IMG/VR virus record: IMGVR_UViG_3300037400_006004
Location: 1-64,000 of that record
Direction: 5' to 3' (one strand)
DNA: 64,000 bases
From: a virus
Lineage: Duplodnaviria; Caudoviricetes
Shown here: in pieces, positions 59,689 to 64,000 of the stretch
How positions within the stretch are numbered: position 1 is the first letter of the stretch
Layout: every line of letters starts with the position of its first letter
Made by a program: the position numbers and the translations under genes
The notes under the pieces: model-generated
Seen by the model: the letters and a program-made list of their open reading frames with translations, nothing else
Database searches by the model: none
Told to the model about the DNA's origin: nothing

Positions 59689-59904
59689 TCAAGGATTGCA
59701 TCTTTCATGTCGTTCATTGTCATCCACCTCCACTACATTAATATCAAGATCTTCGTTAATATGTGTCTCTAGTTTGTCTGGAATAAATTGATCGTGTACT
59801 ACTTGTTCCCAATCAACCTCTTCATTTTCATCTTCTACTTCTGTCTCAAGGTCAACATAATACGTAAGAGTTTCGATTACCATTACCTGCTTTTTTACTT
59901 TCAT
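59689..59904 (-). CDS. Small acidic hypothetical protein
   Basis: AAGGAGG RBS before MKVKKQ. Confidence 0.6.
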   Translation of the reverse strand: MKVKKQVMVIETLTYYVDLETEVEDENEEVDWEQVVHDQFIPDKLETHINEDLDINVVEVDDNERHERCNP

Positions 59905-59947
59905 TAATATTCCTCCTTTGAATAAAAATTGGGTTAAGGATTTCTCC

Positions 59948-60307
59948 TTAACCCAATAAATTATCGAGATCATTAAAGTTTCTTAATTGAGGATTTGGAT
60001 CTTCCTGAACTGGAAGTTCCGCATCTAGCTTCTTTTCAGCTAAGCGAGTTCTCTCTTCTTGCTTTGTCTCGAAATAAGCTTTACATAAATAACCTAAAAT
60101 AGCTGCAATAAGACATCTAATTATTTCCGTACTGACATCTGTTACTGTATTTGAATCACCATACTTAATTAATGCAATTGTAGCTAATACATAAGACCAA
60201 GTGACCCAAATGACCGATAGCCATAAAACGAGAATTATTAGTCTTTTTGTAAAGGTTAAATATGTATCTTTTTTCTTACTTGAAGTTGATTTCTTAACTT
60301 GTTTCAT
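59948..60307 (-). CDS. Holin-like membrane protein
   Basis: Basic N-terminus, two TM helices, YLCKAYFE; near the lysin; late promoter. Confidence 0.55.
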   Translation of the reverse strand: MKQVKKSTSSKKKDTYLTFTKRLIILVLWLSVIWVTWSYVLATIALIKYGDSNTVTDVSTEIIRCLIAAILGYLCKAYFETKQEERTRLAEKKLDAELPVQEDPNPQLRNFNDLDNLLG

Positions 60308-60313
60308 ATTATC

Positions 60314-60344
60314 ACATCCTTTACAATATTTATAAAAGGATGTT
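60314..60344 (-). promoter_or_regulatory. Late promoter inside an RBS-sequestering hairpin
   Basis: AACA-TCCTTT-TA; ACATCCTTT/AAAGGATGT 9-bp stem. Confidence 0.6.
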
Positions 60345-60400
60345 CAAATAATGAAAAAATATAGGTGATAACAAAAGTTATCACCTATATTATAATTTAT

Positions 60401-60772
60401 TTAATCTTCAAATCTATCTCCGTTTATGTTGATAGTATCAGAGATTTCTCCTGTTACTTCTCTAACGTATTTTGTAAACTTTTCAGCCCACTTAGCATAT
60501 TTCTTATATGCCTTTTCTCTTGCTACTCGTCTTCCTATGGAGCGATTGAATGTATCGCCTTCTGCACATTTAGAATATGCAGTAAAACTTTCTGGAACAT
60601 ATAAAATTTTTGGAAGTGGCTTAGACATATACTTAGGATTTGATTCTCTAAGAATACTTCTTACACTTTCACAGATTGCTTCAGCTTTCCAGCAGTCTAG
60701 CATCTGAAGCTCGCACTTAGTTGTACCAGTCTTTTCAGACACACCGTAAACCTCTCTGAACTTGAACTTCAT
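60401..60772 (-). CDS. Early hypothetical phage protein
   Basis: AYSKCAEGDTFNRSIGRRVAREKA motif; TATATTAT at 60826. Confidence 0.65.
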   Translation of the reverse strand: MKFKFREVYGVSEKTGTTKCELQMLDCWKAEAICESVRSILRESNPKYMSKPLPKILYVPESFTAYSKCAEGDTFNRSIGRRVAREKAYKKYAKWAEKFTKYVREVTGEISDTININGDRFED

Positions 60773-60897
60773 AAATATTTCTCCTTTAATTAAAATTTTT
60801 AGTGTATGAAAATTCATACACTAAAATAATATATATTTATTTTATTCATTGGAAAACAAAGCCTTATTAATATAATAAAATAAAAGGAGTGAGAATA

Positions 60898-61605
60898 ATG
60901 CTTACTGCAACAAGAATAATTCAAAGATTAGAAAAAAAGCTTGGATACAAATTCATGGATTTAGAAATATCACATGAAGAAATTATTGAAAATATCAAAG
61001 ATGAAACATTAAGAACTTTTTCTAAATATTTTCCTTATCAAGAAACATGTGTTATAGATCCAGAAAACAGGGTAGAACCTTATGAAAATAGATTCTATAT
61101 TAAAACTCAAAATGAATGTGTTGGAATAAATAGGCTTATTGGTGGAAGCTTATTAGGTGCTAATTATATTACTGGTTTACTTCATCCTGTAGCGGCAGAT
61201 ATGTTGTTAGGTGATCCAATTTCAAGACAATTAAATATTGATTTGATGTCTTTTACTTCAAATCCTATTACCTTTAAATATGTAGAACCAGGTATGATTG
61301 AAATCTATCCAGTTTATAATAATGTAAGAAGTTATCTTATTGTGGCAAATACTGTTCATCCAGATCATTTTGGAACTATTCCAGTTAATCTTGAAGATGA
61401 ATTTATGAAATATGCTTTAGCAGATACACAATCTACATTATATATGATGAGAAATAGATTTCAAAATATTCAAACACCTTATGGTAACATTGAAATGTTC
61501 ATAGACCAATTACAAGGTGCTGAAGATAAAAAGGAACAGATTGAAGAAAGATGGAGAAATAATTCTCATAAGAATTCTACTAGAAAAAAAATTTTTGTAG
61601 GATAA
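60898..61605 (+). CDS. Neck protein, T4 gp13-like
   Basis: EKKLGYKFMDLEISHEEI...LRTFSKYFP; KYALA; late promoter 60855-60866. Confidence 0.6.
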   Translation: MLTATRIIQRLEKKLGYKFMDLEISHEEIIENIKDETLRTFSKYFPYQETCVIDPENRVEPYENRFYIKTQNECVGINRLIGGSLLGANYITGLLHPVAADMLLGDPISRQLNIDLMSFTSNPITFKYVEPGMIEIYPVYNNVRSYLIVANTVHPDHFGTIPVNLEDEFMKYALADTQSTLYMMRNRFQNIQTPYGNIEMFIDQLQGAEDKKEQIEERWRNNSHKNSTRKKIFVG

Positions 61606-61616
61606 GGAGGGTTATT

Positions 61617-61832
61617 ATGATTAGTAAGGAAGAATATTTAAGAAAAATTAAAAATTCCAAATATTATAAATATGCTGATGATAAAGAAGAAATACTAGCT
61701 GATGCTGAAAGAATATGGGAAAGACGTTATGAAAAAAATAAACAACATAATAAATTTGAAAGAAAATTAAAATCACCGATAACATATGTAAAATTACATA
61801 AAGCTAAAAATTTAGATGATTTAGATATTTAA
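61617..61832 (+). CDS. Small basic protein; paralogue of the N-terminus of 62531..63211
   Basis: MISKEEYLRKIKNS...ILADA. Confidence 0.6.
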   Translation: MISKEEYLRKIKNSKYYKYADDKEEILADAERIWERRYEKNKQHNKFERKLKSPITYVKLHKAKNLDDLDI

Positions 61833-61856
61833 TAATTTTAGAAAGGAATGATTTTT

Positions 61857-62516
61857 ATGAATTATAGAGATTTTTTAGTAGATAATTTAGAAAATGAAGG
61901 ATTTTTAAATGAAGGAAAAGGTGACAGTAGAAGAAATAGACGAAAAGGACATAAGAACAAAAATAATAAACCTAATCCCACTCCTAAACCTACTCCTAAA
62001 CCTACTCCTACTCCAAAACCTACTCCTAAACCAAATCCTAAACCTACTCCTACTCCTACTCCAAAACCTACTCCTAAACCAAATCCTAATCCTAATCCTA
62101 AACCTAATCCCACTCCAAAACCTAATCCAAAACCAAATCCTAATCCAAATAAAACCAAAATAGAAAATGTAACTAAATCTAGTAAAGATGAAGATAAAAA
62201 GGGATTTAAAAAATGGAGTGAATTTTCAGATGAAGATAAACAAAAATTAAAGAAAGATGCAAAAGTAGCAGGAGCTATTCTTGGAGGAACTGCTTTAGCT
62301 AGTGTTGGAATTAATCATATTATAAAGAGACAGAATAAAGAATATGATGATGATGAAGCATTAACTAAAGAAGAAAAGAAAGAATTAAAAGAAGCATATG
62401 AATATTTATTTGAAAATTTCTCTGAAGTAGATGTTTCTATTTTAGAAATGTTAGATGAATATGATTTTATGGTATTAGATGAAATTTCAGAAGGTTATAA
62501 CAGATTTGAAGATTAA
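61857..62516 (+). CDS. Putative internal head protein with Pro-rich linker and hydrophobic helix
   Basis: GFLNE-GKGD; (PK/PT/PN)n; [15 protein letters not shown]. Confidence 0.55.
   Translation: MNYRDFLVDNLENEGFLNEGKGDSRRNRRKGHKNKNNKPNPTPKPTPKPTPTPKPTPKPNPKPTPTPTPKPTPKPNPNPNPKPNPTPKPNPKPNPNPNKTKIENVTKSSKDEDKKGFKKWSEFSDEDKQKLKKDAKVAGAILGGTALASVGINHIIKRQNKEYDDDEALTKEEKKELKEAYEYLFENFSEVDVSILEMLDEYDFMVLDEISEGYNRFED
61971..62150 (+). repeat. Low-complexity CCT/CCA hexamer repeat encoding (PT/PK/PN)n
   Basis: cctaatcccactcctaaacctactcctaaa... Confidence 0.85.
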
Positions 62517-62530
62517 GAAAGGAGATTATT

Positions 62531-63211
62531 ATGATTAGTAGAGAAGAATATTTAAAACGAGTTAAAGAATCTCCTAGATATCAAAGAACACTTAATAAAC
62601 TTGAAAGAAAAAAAATATTAGCAGATGCTAATAAAAAATATGATAGACGAATTGCTAGGATACAAAGAGAAGCTGAATTTGAAAAAGAATTAGAAAAAAT
62701 GAATGAAGCTTTTATGGAAGGTTATTTAGATGGTTTAAGTAAATCCCAAGAACTCGATGAAGATCTTTTAGCTAGTATTGGTAGAAGATATGGAAAAGCT
62801 GGAGCTGTTGCAGATAAAGCTGTAGACTCGGTAAAATCTAAATTACCAAAAATCAAAAAATTGGAGATACTCAAACAACGCCAAAAGAAAAAGCCAAAAA
62901 TTATAGATAGAGTTGTTGATAAAGCGGCTAAACCATTAACTAATTATCATACTAAAAAAGCAGTTAATTCATATACTAAACGTCATGGTCATGCTCCAGA
63001 TGATAAAGTTGTTGAAAGATTCAAAAAAGGACAAGTTGCTCCTGCTACTAGAGCTGGTTTAAAAGGATTTGCAAAAGTAGATGCTGCTGCTTCATTAATT
63101 CCTGGTCCAACTTCCGCTTTAGGTCATGCTCCCATAATTGGTTTAGGAGTTGCTGATGAAATTAAAAAGAATAGACAAATGAAAAAAGCTAGACAAAATT
63201 TAAAAAAATAA
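62531..63211 (+). CDS. Putative internal head protein (FMEGY family)
   Basis: NEAFMEGYLDGLSKSQELDE followed by basic and Gly/Ala-rich regions. Confidence 0.55.
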   Translation: MISREEYLKRVKESPRYQRTLNKLERKKILADANKKYDRRIARIQREAEFEKELEKMNEAFMEGYLDGLSKSQELDEDLLASIGRRYGKAGAVADKAVDSVKSKLPKIKKLEILKQRQKKKPKIIDRVVDKAAKPLTNYHTKKAVNSYTKRHGHAPDDKVVERFKKGQVAPATRAGLKGFAKVDAAASLIPGPTSALGHAPIIGLGVADEIKKNRQMKKARQNLKK

Positions 63212-63213
63212 AT

Positions 63214-63250
63214 AAAATCCCTATAGAGTTGAACTCTATAGGGATTTTAT
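63214..63250. terminator. Bidirectional terminator (CCCTATAG family)
   Basis: AAAATCCCTATAGAG / CTCTATAGGGATTTT. Confidence 0.8.
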
Positions 63251-63261
63251 TTTATTAATTA

Positions 63262-63915
63262 TCAATAATCATCAATCATTTGAGCACTATGTCTAAAATC
63301 ATCAGAACGTTGTCCAGCTGTAGCAGAAATAGCACCTGCAATACTAGATAAACCACCTGTAATGGGAGCAGCTAAAATACCAACTGTAGCTTTAGTTCCC
63401 ATATTCCTCTTACGTAGTCTATAGAATTTTGTAGCTTCTTTAACAAATGTATCTTTTTTAACTGGTTTTAAAGCACTTGATTTACAATATTTTACATATT
63501 TATTATATAGCTTTTCAATTTTTGATTTATCTTTTAATTTGGAAGAAGCAACACCATAAGAAATTAATCCGGCAGATAACCAGTCTCCAGCAGTTGTATG
63601 ATGCGCTAAATAATCTTGAGTTGAAGATCCTTCATTTAATTCTTGAATGGCATCATCATAACCTTCTAAAAAAGCTTCTTCTTTCATACCTAAAACTTTT
63701 TTACCAAATTCATAAGGATTTTCTTTTCCTCGTTCAATCTTCTTTTGATTTGCTTTAGACATTTTATCAATTTTTCTTTTATCTCTAATTTCACGAAATT
63801 TTTCTTTTTCAAGCATCATATCTGTGTCAAAATCAAACGTAGGTTTGTATTTCATTTTTTTTATTTCTAATAATGCATTCATATAACCTTCCATAAAAAT
63901 TTCTTCATAAGTCAT
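63262..63915 (-). CDS. Putative internal head protein with two FxEGY motifs
   Basis: MTYEEIFMEGYMNALLE ... EEAFLEGYDDAIQELNE; late promoter 63945-63956. Confidence 0.55.
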   Translation of the reverse strand: MTYEEIFMEGYMNALLEIKKMKYKPTFDFDTDMMLEKEKFREIRDKRKIDKMSKANQKKIERGKENPYEFGKKVLGMKEEAFLEGYDDAIQELNEGSSTQDYLAHHTTAGDWLSAGLISYGVASSKLKDKSKIEKLYNKYVKYCKSSALKPVKKDTFVKEATKFYRLRKRNMGTKATVGILAAPITGGLSSIAGAISATAGQRSDDFRHSAQMIDDY

Positions 63916-64000
63916 TTTACTAACCTTCTTTCTATATAAATTTATAATAATAAGTTATTTAATTATCTTTCATTATAAGCTTTATTAATTAATAATACAA

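Noticed and set aside
61862-62163. Antisense Gly-rich ORF and alternative-frame Leu-rich ORF
   Set aside because: Shadows of the Pro-rich repeat; the same applies to the ORFs overlapping the 69-bp repeats and the other short overlapping ORFs in the track
1-64000. Genome-wide TAG recoding (genetic code 15)
   Set aside because: Long late genes (e.g. 1390 aa) are intact in code 11, TAG appears to be a real stop at 5434, only the lysin has an internal TAG, and no canonical CUA tRNA is present in the window
1-64000. Nucleus-forming machinery (chimallin, PhuZ)
   Set aside because: No recognisable homologue in this window; the rest of the genome cannot be judged

Overview
AT-rich (visually about 25% GC) segment of a jumbo myophage of the AR9/PBS1/phiKZ-like type, probably infecting a clostridial Firmicute (His-less HPr homologue, GH25/CW_7 lysin). 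It encodes split multisubunit RNA polymerase pieces: a beta gene interrupted by a group I intron with an endonuclease in its P1 loop, and a stand-alone beta' C-terminal piece. It also encodes gyrase B/A, a Dda/RecD-like helicase, a GroEL-like chaperonin, RusA, baseplate/neck proteins, a holin-like gene and lysin, tRNA-fMet and an aberrant tRNA-like RNA. Two promoter motifs (TATATTAT early; AACW-N6-TA late) and a family of related terminator hairpins define the transcription units. The most notable feature is a 13-kb array of about 30 highly divergent small genes sharing one C-terminal strand-helix module. The same module ends two LRR-like repeat proteins elsewhere in the window, which suggests an undescribed variable-head/constant-tail adaptor system. 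Other notable signals are a late protein family with a shared F(M/L)EGY...LxE leader, late promoters embedded in RBS-blocking hairpins, a probable -1 frameshift in a baseplate chaperone and a fold-back mRNA switch. All protein calls come from motifs recognised by eye; no database searches were run.
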